Of a DNA stretch of 64,000 nucleotides, positions 28,451-37,899 are shown one piece after another. The position numbers and the translations under genes are program-made. Positions within the stretch are counted from its first letter, which is position 1, and every line of letters starts with the position of its first letter. The stretch is from Candidatus Aminicenantes bacterium (lineage in GTDB: Bacteria > Acidobacteriota > Aminicenantia > S016-38). The notes beneath the pieces are model-generated. The model ran no database searches. It saw only the letters and a list, made by a program, of their open reading frames with translations, and was not told where the DNA came from. The DNA lies in NCBI GenBank assembly GCA_027068075.1, contig JAMOUJ010000006.1, positions 346,706 through 410,705 of the forward strand, given 5' to 3'.

Positions 28451-29505
28451 TGCCTATTTTAAATTACACCTCTAAAGAAATAACAGTAAAAATCGTTTAC
28501 TACGGGCCTGCCCTTTCCGGCAAGACCACCAATGTGAAGTATATTTCCAGCATCCTTCCCGAGGAGAAACGGGGAAAGATGGTCACCCTCCCCACCAAGG
28601 AGGACAGGACCCTCTTCTTTGATTTTCTCCCCTTTTCCCTGGGGGGAAAGGCGGGATACAAGATAAGGCTTCAACTTTACACCGTCCCCGGGCAGGTTAT
28701 CTACGATTCCACCCGAAGGCTGGTCCTTCAGGGGGCAGACGGCGTGGTCTTCGTGGCCGATTCCCAAAAGGCCCTTTTGGAAAACAACCGGGATAGTTTG
28801 GAAAACATGAAGGCAAATTTGAAGAGAAACGGCTTGAACTACCAGAAAATCCCCCTGGTTCTTCAGTACAACAAGAGGGACCTGCCCAACATACTTTCCG
28901 TGGAGGAACTGGATGCTGCCCTGAACGAACTTTCCAGGGAGTCGGTTCCTGCCATCGCCATAAGGGGAGAGGGGGTGGTGGAAACCCTGGCCAAGATCGC
29001 TGAACTCACCCTGCGGGACCTACAGACCCGATACACCGTCCTTGAAGACATGGATGTGGAAACCCTGATTGAGGAGTTGAAGTCCTTTGAGAGCGTGGAA
29101 AAACCCTTTGAGGCCTTCCCCTGGGAAGGGGACCTGCCCGAGGAACTTTCCGAGGACGAGCCCTTCACCGAGAGTCTTCCTGAGGAAACCCAGGAGGAAA
29201 TCTCCCCCACGGAGGTTGAGTCCATAATCTCTCCGGATGTGGAGGTGGAGGAAGAGTTTGAGGAGTTTCTGGACACATCGGAGGATTTGAGCGAAGCGGT
29301 AAAGGGTCAGGAGGCGGAAGTTTACGATTCTGATTTTCCCGTGGAAGTTCCCGAGGACCAATTTGATAATCTTCTGGGCCGTGTTGAAAGCAGGCTCAAA
29401 AAGGTGGTCCAGGAAATCCCCATTAACATCAAGGTGAAGGAAGGGGAGGAAATTGAACTGATCCTTAAGTTTAAGATAAAGGTGAAAAAGTCAGGAGAGG
29501 AATAA
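28450..29505 (+). CDS. MglA-family small GTPase with long acidic C-terminal extension
   Basis: KIVYYGPALSGKTTN, DRTLFFDF, LYTVPGQ, GADGVVFVADS, NKRD. Confidence 0.88.
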   Translation: MPILNYTSKEITVKIVYYGPALSGKTTNVKYISSILPEEKRGKMVTLPTKEDRTLFFDFLPFSLGGKAGYKIRLQLYTVPGQVIYDSTRRLVLQGADGVVFVADSQKALLENNRDSLENMKANLKRNGLNYQKIPLVLQYNKRDLPNILSVEELDAALNELSRESVPAIAIRGEGVVETLAKIAELTLRDLQTRYTVLEDMDVETLIEELKSFESVEKPFEAFPWEGDLPEELSEDEPFTESLPEETQEEISPTEVESIISPDVEVEEEFEEFLDTSEDLSEAVKGQEAEVYDSDFPVEVPEDQFDNLLGRVESRLKKVVQEIPINIKVKEGEEIELILKFKIKVKKSGEE

Positions 29506-30267
29506 TTCCACCGGTTCCCCTATTCCTGCATTGAGAACCTGGGCGGCGGAGCCCATTCTCACGGCAATTTCCAGGTAACCGAAACTGTTTATCACGAAGG
29601 CCAGTTCGTTGGGCGGAATTTCCATGAAGGTTCTGGCGAAGTGGGAGATCTTCACCCCCTTTATTGAACCGAAGAGGATTTTTTTATTCCCGAGGTCTTC
29701 CTGCCTTATGTTGAGGGCCAGGTTTCCAAAGCGGTCCACATGGATTACGATCCCCCGAATTTTGTTCCCCTCCCTTTTCGGCTGGGGAAGTTTGAACTTA
29801 CGGTAGTTTTCCGTCCTGGTTCCAAACCTCTCCACCGGAATTCCCTTGGAAAGCCAGGCGGCCACCGGGGCCATTTTATCCCGGGCTTCAAAGGTGGAAC
29901 TGGGTTCCGGCAGGAAGAAGTGGGTTTCCGTCACTTCGTAAACCGTCGGTTCCTCCGGCCGCTGATAAACCGGGGCGAAAACACCGTTGTCCGGGCCTAT
30001 GTAGTATTTCCCCTCGGAGGAGATGAGGAGGATCTTTCTGTCCGTTCCCACCCCGGGATCCACCACGGTGAGGAAGATGGTACCCCTGGGGAAATAATCC
30101 ATTACCCCGGAGAGGACATAGGCGGCGGATATGGGGTGAAAGGGAATAATCTCGTGGGATATGTCCACGATTTTAGCCTCAGGATTTATTGAAAGAATAA
30201 CTCCCTTCATGGCCCCCACATAGGGGTCTTTGATTCCGAAGTCGGTTATAAGCGCAATGGTTCTCAT
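29491..30267 (-). CDS. SAM hydroxide adenosyltransferase (DUF62; chlorinase/fluorinase family)
   Basis: TDFG..D.YV..MKGVI, VVDPGVG, GPDNG, STF..RD, DRFGN. Confidence 0.92.
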   Translation of the reverse strand: MRTIALITDFGIKDPYVGAMKGVILSINPEAKIVDISHEIIPFHPISAAYVLSGVMDYFPRGTIFLTVVDPGVGTDRKILLISSEGKYYIGPDNGVFAPVYQRPEEPTVYEVTETHFFLPEPSSTFEARDKMAPVAAWLSKGIPVERFGTRTENYRKFKLPQPKREGNKIRGIVIHVDRFGNLALNIRQEDLGNKKILFGSIKGVKISHFARTFMEIPPNELAFVINSFGYLEIAVRMGSAAQVLNAGIGEPVELFLS

Positions 30268-30299
30268 AGGAAAATCTTATGATATGTGGAAGATAAAAA

Positions 30300-31475
30300 T
30301 CAAGATAGGTTTTTAGATTTATCTTCGTACATTAGCCGGTCGGCCTTTTTGAAGGCTTCGTAGAAGGGGGTTTTTTCGCTGAATACGCTGATCCCCACGG
30401 AGATGGAAAGGGGAATGTGGTGGGAAGAAGCCTTGCTCAATTCGGCCTTTAACCTTTTCACTCTGCCTTTTACGGCCTCCAGGGGTCCCCCGGTTATTAC
30501 CAGGAACTCGTCTCCCCCGTAGCGGAATATTCCGTCCTCTTTCCTGAAACTGGAGAGGAGGAGTTCGGAGATCCTTCTCAGGCATCGGTCCCCTGCCGTA
30601 TGGCCCCATCTGTCGTTTATTTTTTTGAAGTTGTCTATGTCAATGAAGACGATGACCCCCTTCTTTTCCTTCAGGGTGTTTATGAAGGAGCGAAGTTTTC
30701 TTCTGTTGTAAAGGCCGGTGAGGGGGTCTATGTCAACCAGGTGACGGAGTTTTGCCCGGCTTATCTCCAGTTCCTTCACGGTGTTCTCCAGTTGGGACAG
30801 GGTCCTTAGAAAGACCACCGTGAGAAAACTTATGCCCAGTATGAGTTCAAAGCCCGCATCGTAGAAGGATATTCTGCTCATTACCCCGGAAATTTTCAGG
30901 CCAACGAAATAGGGAAGGAGCACGATGCCGTGGTGTAAGAAGACCGCGCCGTAAAGCAACAGCACCAGAGAAAGAATGAGGGAGGCGGGAGTTCCACCCC
31001 CAAGCCATTCCTTGAGGCCGAAGATCGCTCCGAGGGTGGCCAATAAACCCACGGTGAGAAACACCGTGGCCTGAATGTGAACCGAGGTGGCCCGGAAAAA
31101 CATGAATACCACCGTGGCGAAGGCCACGAGAAGGATTATCTGGGTTGTCCTCTGTATTCTTTTAGTACTGTACCCCTTTATGAATTGGAAAAAACCCAGG
31201 AGGATAAAATAGATAAAGGCCAATTTGAAAAAGGAGTAGAAAGTATAGAGCATCCTGGTGTAGGGGGTTCCCTCGTGTTTGCCCACCACCATGAGAACGG
31301 AGGTAAGGGCCAGAAGGTCGCTGCTCCACGCCACGGTCCAGTATTTGAGAATGTCCCTTTTGGTTATAATCCACCCGGTGAGGAAGAAGAAGCCGATGAT
31401 GAAGATTATTATGCTTTGAAAGAGTATGGAGGCGTGGGTGAGGCTCACCTCCATGGTAGTAGGTTCTGCAGGCAT
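30300..31475 (-). CDS. Membrane diguanylate cyclase
   Basis: DPLTGLYNRR, DIDNFK, RKED I-site, GGDEF. Confidence 0.9.
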   Translation of the reverse strand: MPAEPTTMEVSLTHASILFQSIIIFIIGFFFLTGWIITKRDILKYWTVAWSSDLLALTSVLMVVGKHEGTPYTRMLYTFYSFFKLAFIYFILLGFFQFIKGYSTKRIQRTTQIILLVAFATVVFMFFRATSVHIQATVFLTVGLLATLGAIFGLKEWLGGGTPASLILSLVLLLYGAVFLHHGIVLLPYFVGLKISGVMSRISFYDAGFELILGISFLTVVFLRTLSQLENTVKELEISRAKLRHLVDIDPLTGLYNRRKLRSFINTLKEKKGVIVFIDIDNFKKINDRWGHTAGDRCLRRISELLLSSFRKEDGIFRYGGDEFLVITGGPLEAVKGRVKRLKAELSKASSHHIPLSISVGISVFSEKTPFYEAFKKADRLMYEDKSKNLS

Positions 31476-31483
31476 CTTCCCGA

Positions 31484-33586
31484 CTACTTCAAGTTCACGA
31501 GGTAAACATCTTTTCTGGAAGGGAGGTAGAGAAAGATTCTGGATACGGATGGATTGCGGAGAATTATTTTGTTGTCTTCCACATATACGGGAAGAATAGA
31601 GTCGCCCTTAAGAATGTATGCGGTGGTGGTGGGATCCTTGAGAAGGAGAAAGGAATTAAGGTTTCCCAGGGAACTCCACAGATAATCGGTTAGCCTTTCG
31701 GTATCGTCCCTTTTGGGGTCGTAGAGGTAAAGTCTCTTTTTCCCCTCGTCGTCGCCGGCGAGAAAATACAGTTTTTCGTTTAAATAAACCGCATCCCCCA
31801 TTTTTTTCTCAAGTTTCCTGAACTTCCTCTGCCTTTCCCAGAATATGTAACCCCTCCCTCCATCGTTGCGGCACACGAAGCCTGCCCTGTCCTTCATCCA
31901 GGCCAGAAATTCGTATTCCTCCTTCCCCTCCTTTATTCTTAACGGTTTCCACACCCCCTCCTTTATGTAACCCAGGAGGAATTTTTTCTCCCCGCTCACC
32001 CTGTAGACTACGGCGTCCTGGGAATCTCCCAGAAAATCTATTTTCACGGTTTCGCTGGCCACCGAAGAATGGGTGTCTATGATGCTGCGGAAATCCGGAT
32101 TTTCCCGGTAAAGGGATTTGAGGAGGGCATACCTGGAAAGGGGAAGGGGCATAAAGGGCAGGGCCTTTAAACTTCTTATTTTCCTGCTCCGGCGGGTTTT
32201 CAGGTTGTAGTCTATGAAGAGGAAGGGAAATTTTGGGGAATAAAGGGGATAGTAATTTCTTAGATTTACGATTTTTTTGAAGGGGGATTGGAAAGGCAGG
32301 GTCAAGAAATCCTCAGAATACACCAGGAGGTGGTCTCCCCTTATTTCCCCCACGAATTTTTCCTCGGTAAGGCGCATCACCACGGCCCTCCTGGGCTTTT
32401 TCATCTCATTCCATATGTAGAAACTTCTTCTTCCCCTTATTCTGTTCACCACGGAAATTACCAGGGTTTTCCCGTCCTTCTGGGGATAAAAATCCTCCAC
32501 CTCACCCCTCAGGGGAATGGGCACCTGAAGGCCAGTTTCGGGGTTCCAGAGGTAAAGGCCGTAGGTATCCGTTCCCTTTACCCTTCCCAGCACCACCAGG
32601 TTTTCGTCCCCCAGCCATTTGGCCATGTCTATTTTTATTACCCTGAGCCTTTTCACCCCGAAGAGATTGGGAACATCCCCGCCGTTGAAGAATGAGAGGT
32701 AAAGGTATTTGAGTTTTCTCTCCCTCTTTTTCTCGCACCGGGCCAACCAATCCCATACGAAGTGGTCTTCCGGTCGGTAAAGGGAAAGTTTGGTGAGTAT
32801 TTTCTTTGCCCGGCGGCACTTTCCGTTCCTTACCAGAAAATAGGCTTCAATTTCGCTGGACAGAAGGGGATCGGAGACCAGGGGCTGAACTTCCTTCACC
32901 ATGTAATCCCTCTCCAGGGTGAAGGCGAAATCCATCATCAGGGAAACCACCTGGGGGGTCTTGGGAAGGGTTTTCAGGAGTTCCCATCCCTGGATAAGGT
33001 CCCCCCTTTCCTTGTAGGCCCTTGCCAATTCCACGCCCAGTTCCGGAAACCTGTATTCTTCAAAGATCTCCCGGGCCTTTTCCAGATCTCCCTTCTGGAT
33101 GTAAACCCTGGAGAGAAAGAGGGCAAATATTCCGTCCTTGAGTTTTTTTACCGCCAGCGAGAGGCGTTTTTCCGCCCTCTTCAAGTTCCCCATTTGAAGG
33201 TCGTAGACGCCCTGAACGAAGATAACGATGGGGGAATTGGGGGCAAACTCTCTGGCTTTAGCGGCGAACCATTCCCTTTGAAAATATCCGAGTTCCGAGG
33301 CCGCCAGGGAGAGGCCCAGGTATTTAAGCCATTCGTATTTCCCGTAGTAGGAGGTTCTGCTTTCCTTGCGGTAAGAGTTAAAGGCCAGGGAGGCTTCCAT
33401 AAACTGTCCCTGGGCCAGTTTTCGGAATCCCCGGGCGATGGGGTCCCTGCGGGAAGAAAAATACTTGTTCCACAGTTCTCCGGCGGTTTGAAGGTCTCCT
33501 TTGAGATAATAAGCGATGCCCTTTTCCAGGAGGTTGGCAGATAGTGCGAAGCCAACCATAAGAATTAAAGCGAGAACTTTCCTCAT
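31484..33586 (-). CDS. Exported hypothetical protein, TPR-like N-half
   Basis: Signal peptide, TPR-like helices, beta-rich C-half; long ORF with host codon usage. Confidence 0.6.
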   Translation of the reverse strand: MRKVLALILMVGFALSANLLEKGIAYYLKGDLQTAGELWNKYFSSRRDPIARGFRKLAQGQFMEASLAFNSYRKESRTSYYGKYEWLKYLGLSLAASELGYFQREWFAAKAREFAPNSPIVIFVQGVYDLQMGNLKRAEKRLSLAVKKLKDGIFALFLSRVYIQKGDLEKAREIFEEYRFPELGVELARAYKERGDLIQGWELLKTLPKTPQVVSLMMDFAFTLERDYMVKEVQPLVSDPLLSSEIEAYFLVRNGKCRRAKKILTKLSLYRPEDHFVWDWLARCEKKRERKLKYLYLSFFNGGDVPNLFGVKRLRVIKIDMAKWLGDENLVVLGRVKGTDTYGLYLWNPETGLQVPIPLRGEVEDFYPQKDGKTLVISVVNRIRGRRSFYIWNEMKKPRRAVVMRLTEEKFVGEIRGDHLLVYSEDFLTLPFQSPFKKIVNLRNYYPLYSPKFPFLFIDYNLKTRRSRKIRSLKALPFMPLPLSRYALLKSLYRENPDFRSIIDTHSSVASETVKIDFLGDSQDAVVYRVSGEKKFLLGYIKEGVWKPLRIKEGKEEYEFLAWMKDRAGFVCRNDGGRGYIFWERQRKFRKLEKKMGDAVYLNEKLYFLAGDDEGKKRLYLYDPKRDDTERLTDYLWSSLGNLNSFLLLKDPTTTAYILKGDSILPVYVEDNKIILRNPSVSRIFLYLPSRKDVYLVNLK

Positions 33587-33631
33587 AAAGAAAGTTTAAA
33601 AATCATTCTCACGGAAGTCAAATGGTGAAGG

Positions 33632-33661
33632 TTGACGGGGAAAAAACCTTTCTGATAACCT
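33632..33661 (+). promoter_or_regulatory. Sigma70-type promoter of the 33669 gene (leaderless)
   Basis: TTGACG-N18-TAACCT with TG extension, 7 nt before ATG. Confidence 0.5.
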
Positions 33662-33668
33662 TTCCTCC

Positions 33669-35993
33669 ATGAAAGGAGAACACATTAAAAGGGCCTTTTT
33701 CGCCGTTCTGCTTCTGGCAGCCCTGATGCGAACCGCCGGACTTTTTACTTACGATTACAAAAGGCTCCCCTCGGAAGGGGATGTGAGGCTGAACACCGGG
33801 TACATGTGGGTGAAAAACACCCTGCAGTTGAGGGAATACGCTTACCCTTCCCTTTATTTTTATGTGGAATTTGCCGTGGAGAAACTGGCCTACGGGTTTC
33901 TCCGGTTTATGGGCACCGTCCGCTCCCCGGTGGACTTTTTGTATTCCAGGAAGTTCTGGCACACCCTTTACACCACCGGAAGACTCCTTTCCGTTATCTT
34001 CACCCTCCTTATATTTCCTTTTCTTTTTCGTCTCGGGGAGGGGGAATTTGGACCTACGGTGGGCCTGGTAGCCGCCGTGTTTCTAACCTTTCCCTTGATT
34101 GATGTTGTAAACTCCAGGCTGGCCAAGCCCGACAGCCTTTTGAATCTTTTGCTTTTCCTCACCGTCTTTTTCTCCGTGAGGTTTTTCCGGGAGGGCCGCC
34201 GGAAATTCCTCACCCTCGCCTCCCTGGCGGCGGGTCTTTCCCTTTCCACCAAGTATTTTTTCATAGGAGGCGTTCCGGTTTTTCTCGCCGTGGTGCTTTC
34301 CCGGGGTAGGGCAGGGGAGAAAATCAAAGACCTCCTCCGGGCAGGGGCCGTGGCCCTGATAAGTTTTCTCCTCACTTGTCCCTATTGCATCCTGGACTAC
34401 CGAAAGGTTCTGGAAACCTTCAGCGGGGCCCAGAACTTCAGCAAGGGATACATAGTTCCGGTCCACGGGGCTTACAAACAGGTCTTCGCTGATCTGGTTC
34501 ACTACTCCGGCTATGGGGTTTTCTTTTTGTTTTTGATAGGCGTGATTGTGGCCCTGGCCAGGGACTGGAAGTTGAACATCGTAATCCTTTCCTTTCCCGC
34601 CGTTTACCTCATAATGCTTTCCATTACCAAGGTTTACGGACCGAGATATCTGGTCTATCTTTTCCCCTACATCTCCCTTTACGCCGCCTATGCCCTGGTT
34701 CGGGCAGTGAGGAAACCGGTCCTCGCCCTCGTGTTTTCCCTCTTCCTGGTTTTTCCCATGGCTTCCCAGAGTTTCAAAGCCCTGGATTGGCTGGTAAACA
34801 GAATGGCCAACCGGGAGATAATGAACGATTTTATAAAAAACAGCCTTCCGGATCCCCACAGGGTGGTTTCCTACCACGCCTACTGGCTTTCCACCACCCA
34901 TTATTCCATCTTTCCGAGGTATTCTAAGAACATGGGAAAGCCCCTGTTCTTCATATACGGAGCCCACGAGGAATACTTCTGCTCGCCGGGAAGCCGATTC
35001 CTGAAATTCTGCGATCCCCTCCTTTCTTCCCTGCCGAAATACTGGACTGTCCTTTCCCTCCCTTCTCCTCCCATGCCCTTTGCCATAGATTACTCCATGG
35101 CCCTTTTGAGGAAAAGGCCAGCCCCCGGTCCCCGGAAGGAAGTCTTCCCCGCCCTAGTGAAACTTCCAGGGGAGGGGAAGTTGCTTTTCCCGGGAATTCC
35201 CTATGTGAAGGATGCCCTGGTGGGAAAACTTTCTCCCCTGGGAGGCGTGGAAAAGTTTTACTTGTATCAGGGAAAGGGAGAGATCTGCCTTTTGGTGAGA
35301 AAAATCTCCAGAAGGGTAAGATACAGGGTGTACTTCAACGGGAGAAAATCCCTTCAAAGGGGCCTTTTTTTAAAATGCGAAAAACCTGAAAGGGACTTCG
35401 GGAGAATTTCGGTCCAGTCCCTGGAGGGTTATATTGAGGTTTTCATGACCACTTCCCCCCTGAACCTGGCCCAGGTGATGGTGAAGTATGCCCCTACCAG
35501 GGCCCGGGAATTTCTCCTGACCCTCCGGAAAGATAAATACTACAGATTTGAGGCCAGCAGGCTTCTGTGGACGATATCCCGCGGGCACGGCGGGGAGGAC
35601 GGAAATCTACGGAAGGAGTTGGTTTTCAAGGCCAGGGAGTTAAAATCTCTTCTGGGGGAACATTTTCCCCCCAGGTATAGAAGGGCAGGTTTTGATCTGG
35701 GTTACCTGAAACTTTCCCAGAGAATTTATCCGGTTTTTAAACGGGGAAGAAGGAAAAGCGTCCCCTTTTATCTTTTCCCAGGGGTTTACGGGATAAAAAT
35801 GCCCCTGGATGGTTATCTGGAGATGGGGGACCGCAGGTATGAACTTTCGGGGTCTGTGAGGATTTCGGCCCCGGGATGGGCCCGGGTGGTCCTGGAAGGG
35901 GAGCACATCCCCAGGGATTTTTACCTGTTTTTCTCTCCCGGGGATACCCTGGAGTGGGAGATTCAGGAGATTCTACAGGAGGGTGGACGGTGA
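33669..35993 (+). CDS. GT-C (ArnT/PMT_2-like) membrane glycosyltransferase
   Basis: YPSLY, GR..S, KPD, STKY, RY...L.P pattern across many TMs. Confidence 0.75.
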   Translation: MKGEHIKRAFFAVLLLAALMRTAGLFTYDYKRLPSEGDVRLNTGYMWVKNTLQLREYAYPSLYFYVEFAVEKLAYGFLRFMGTVRSPVDFLYSRKFWHTLYTTGRLLSVIFTLLIFPFLFRLGEGEFGPTVGLVAAVFLTFPLIDVVNSRLAKPDSLLNLLLFLTVFFSVRFFREGRRKFLTLASLAAGLSLSTKYFFIGGVPVFLAVVLSRGRAGEKIKDLLRAGAVALISFLLTCPYCILDYRKVLETFSGAQNFSKGYIVPVHGAYKQVFADLVHYSGYGVFFLFLIGVIVALARDWKLNIVILSFPAVYLIMLSITKVYGPRYLVYLFPYISLYAAYALVRAVRKPVLALVFSLFLVFPMASQSFKALDWLVNRMANREIMNDFIKNSLPDPHRVVSYHAYWLSTTHYSIFPRYSKNMGKPLFFIYGAHEEYFCSPGSRFLKFCDPLLSSLPKYWTVLSLPSPPMPFAIDYSMALLRKRPAPGPRKEVFPALVKLPGEGKLLFPGIPYVKDALVGKLSPLGGVEKFYLYQGKGEICLLVRKISRRVRYRVYFNGRKSLQRGLFLKCEKPERDFGRISVQSLEGYIEVFMTTSPLNLAQVMVKYAPTRAREFLLTLRKDKYYRFEASRLLWTISRGHGGEDGNLRKELVFKARELKSLLGEHFPPRYRRAGFDLGYLKLSQRIYPVFKRGRRKSVPFYLFPGVYGIKMPLDGYLEMGDRRYELSGSVRISAPGWARVVLEGEHIPRDFYLFFSPGDTLEWEIQEILQEGGR

Positions 35994-36685
35994 AACTTTC
36001 GGTGGTGATCCCTGCTTACAACGAGGAGGAAAACCTGGAAAGGACCCTCAGGGTTATAGCCCGGGAACTGGAGGGGTTGGACTACGAATTTGTGGTGGTG
36101 GACGATGCGTCCACCGATGCCACCCCTGAGATTTTAAAGGACCTTTCCCGGGAACTTCCCCTGAGGTTTTTCAGAAACGAAAGGAACATGAAACTGGGAT
36201 ACACCCTGAGAAGGGGCTTGAAGGAGGCCCGGGGGGAACTGGTTTTTTATACCGACTGCGACCTTCCGTGTTTGCCCTCCGTCATAACCTATGCCCTTAA
36301 GATTATGGAGGTTTACGACTGCGACCTGGTCCTGGCCTACCGCCTGGACCGCACGGGAGAAGGGCTCTTGCGCAGGATGTATTCTTCGGTTTATAACGCC
36401 ATGGTGAGGGTTCTCTTCGGCTTGAAGGTTCGGGATGTAAACTTCGCATGCAAACTGATGAAGAAAAGGGTGGTTGACGAGGTTGATCCGGAGTCTTCGG
36501 GATCCTTCATAGATGCTGAGATTTTAATAAAAGCCCACAGGAAAGGGTTTAAAATTCTCCAATTCGGAGCGGATTACTTCCCCAGAATAAGGGGAACTTC
36601 CACCCTGGCAGGAGTGGGGGTAATTTTTAAACTTCTCCGGGAAATGTTCGCCTTCAGGTTAAAACTCTGGTTTAAAGGCGATTGA
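35990..36685 (+). CDS. GT2 glycosyltransferase (polyprenol-phosphate glycosyltransferase-like)
   Basis: GTGA overlap start; LSVVIPAYNEE, VDDASTD, DCD, DAEIL. Confidence 0.88.
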   Translation: MKLSVVIPAYNEEENLERTLRVIARELEGLDYEFVVVDDASTDATPEILKDLSRELPLRFFRNERNMKLGYTLRRGLKEARGELVFYTDCDLPCLPSVITYALKIMEVYDCDLVLAYRLDRTGEGLLRRMYSSVYNAMVRVLFGLKVRDVNFACKLMKKRVVDEVDPESSGSFIDAEILIKAHRKGFKILQFGADYFPRIRGTSTLAGVGVIFKLLREMFAFRLKLWFKGD

Positions 36686-37556
36686 GCATTCTCCGGGAAA
36701 GGCGTATGGCGGTGAGCATGCTTCCCTCGGAGGCTTCCCCTTTTCCCGCTATGTCAAAGGCGGTGCCGTGGCACGGGGAAGTTCTGGGCCAGGGAAGGCC
36801 GAAGGTCAGTTCCGCCCCGTCTTCCAAGTGAAGGAGTTTAAAGGGAGCGAGGCCTACATCGTGGAAGAAGGCCAGGATCCATCGGGATTCCACCTCGCCC
36901 CGGAGGAAAACAGTATCCGACGAGAGGGGGCCTTCCAGGGCAAAGTCCTGAATGATGGGGCCTATGACCTCTATTTCCTCCCTTCCCATTTCTCCGCCTT
37001 CGCCGGCGTGGGGATTTACCGAGGATACGATGAGTTCGTCCCCGGGGAAGAACCTCTCAAGGCTGGGGAGGAGGAGGTTGAGAAATTCCCTGAGTTCTTC
37101 CGGGGTTATCTTTTCCAGGGCCCTTTTCAGGGGGAGGTGGTGGGTGAAAAGGACCACCTTCATTCCCCCGGACCAGAATCCCATCACCACCCTTCCAAAC
37201 TTCTTTTCAAAAAACTCCGTGTGTCCCAGGAAATCGTGACCTGCCGCCACCCATGCGTGTTTGCTTACGGGACCGGTGACCAGGGCAGAGGCGGGTTCGG
37301 ATTTTAAAATTTCAAGAGATTTGTTGAAGTAAAGGAAGGAGAGTTCTCCGTGGGGTTTTCCCACCTGAATTTCCGCCTCCGGCTTTGGGTCCACGAATCT
37401 GTACCGCCTCCATTTAAACATCTTCAGGTTTTGAGCCGTCTGTTCAAAGGCCTTACGGGAACCGACGATTAAAAAATCGTCCTCCACCTTTTCCAGGGCT
37501 TTTATTATTACTTCGGGACCTATTCCGCCCGGGTCCCCTCCAGTTATGACGATCAT
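36672..37556 (-). CDS. pdxA: 4-hydroxythreonine-4-phosphate dehydrogenase
   Basis: GDP.GIGPE, GHTEF, NPHAGE.G..G.EE, HD.GL.P.K, RTSP.HGTAFDIAGKG. Confidence 0.93.
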   Translation of the reverse strand: MIVITGGDPGGIGPEVIIKALEKVEDDFLIVGSRKAFEQTAQNLKMFKWRRYRFVDPKPEAEIQVGKPHGELSFLYFNKSLEILKSEPASALVTGPVSKHAWVAAGHDFLGHTEFFEKKFGRVVMGFWSGGMKVVLFTHHLPLKRALEKITPEELREFLNLLLPSLERFFPGDELIVSSVNPHAGEGGEMGREEIEVIGPIIQDFALEGPLSSDTVFLRGEVESRWILAFFHDVGLAPFKLLHLEDGAELTFGLPWPRTSPCHGTAFDIAGKGEASEGSMLTAIRLSRRMLNRL

Positions 37557-37837
37557 TTCTTAAGGGCTTCCTCGTCTTTAAGGATGTATTTAATTGCGTG
37601 CTTGTACACCAGGAGGTTGGGTTCACCTTCCCTGTGAACTTTTATCACCTTTTCGTCGTACCATTCTATCCTTCCACGGATCACCTCTCCATCCTGGAAA
37701 ACTATTATCATGGGGTTTTTATTCCGCATTTGCTTCAGATAGTAGTAATTTTCCGCGTGGGTCTGGTAAGAGGGCTTATCCTTCTTTACCCGGGTCGGGT
37801 GAGAAGGGGCCATGGGCGGTATCAATTTTCTTCCCAT
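37553..37837 (-). CDS. hfq: Hfq/Sm-like RNA chaperone
   Basis: Sm1 (G.VIRGRIEWYD) and Sm2 (LVYKHAI); AGGAGG SD before ATG 37837. Confidence 0.75.
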   Translation of the reverse strand: MGRKLIPPMAPSHPTRVKKDKPSYQTHAENYYYLKQMRNKNPMIIVFQDGEVIRGRIEWYDEKVIKVHREGEPNLLVYKHAIKYILKDEEALKK

Positions 37838-37899
37838 TTTCAACCTCCTTAATGAAATTATAATTTGTTGAGAGAAAAAAATCAAATTAAAATTTATTG

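Noticed and set aside
29491-30267. Fluorinase/chlorinase in a halometabolite cluster
   Set aside because: No biosynthetic genes nearby; the widespread DUF62 hydrolase is the more parsimonious call
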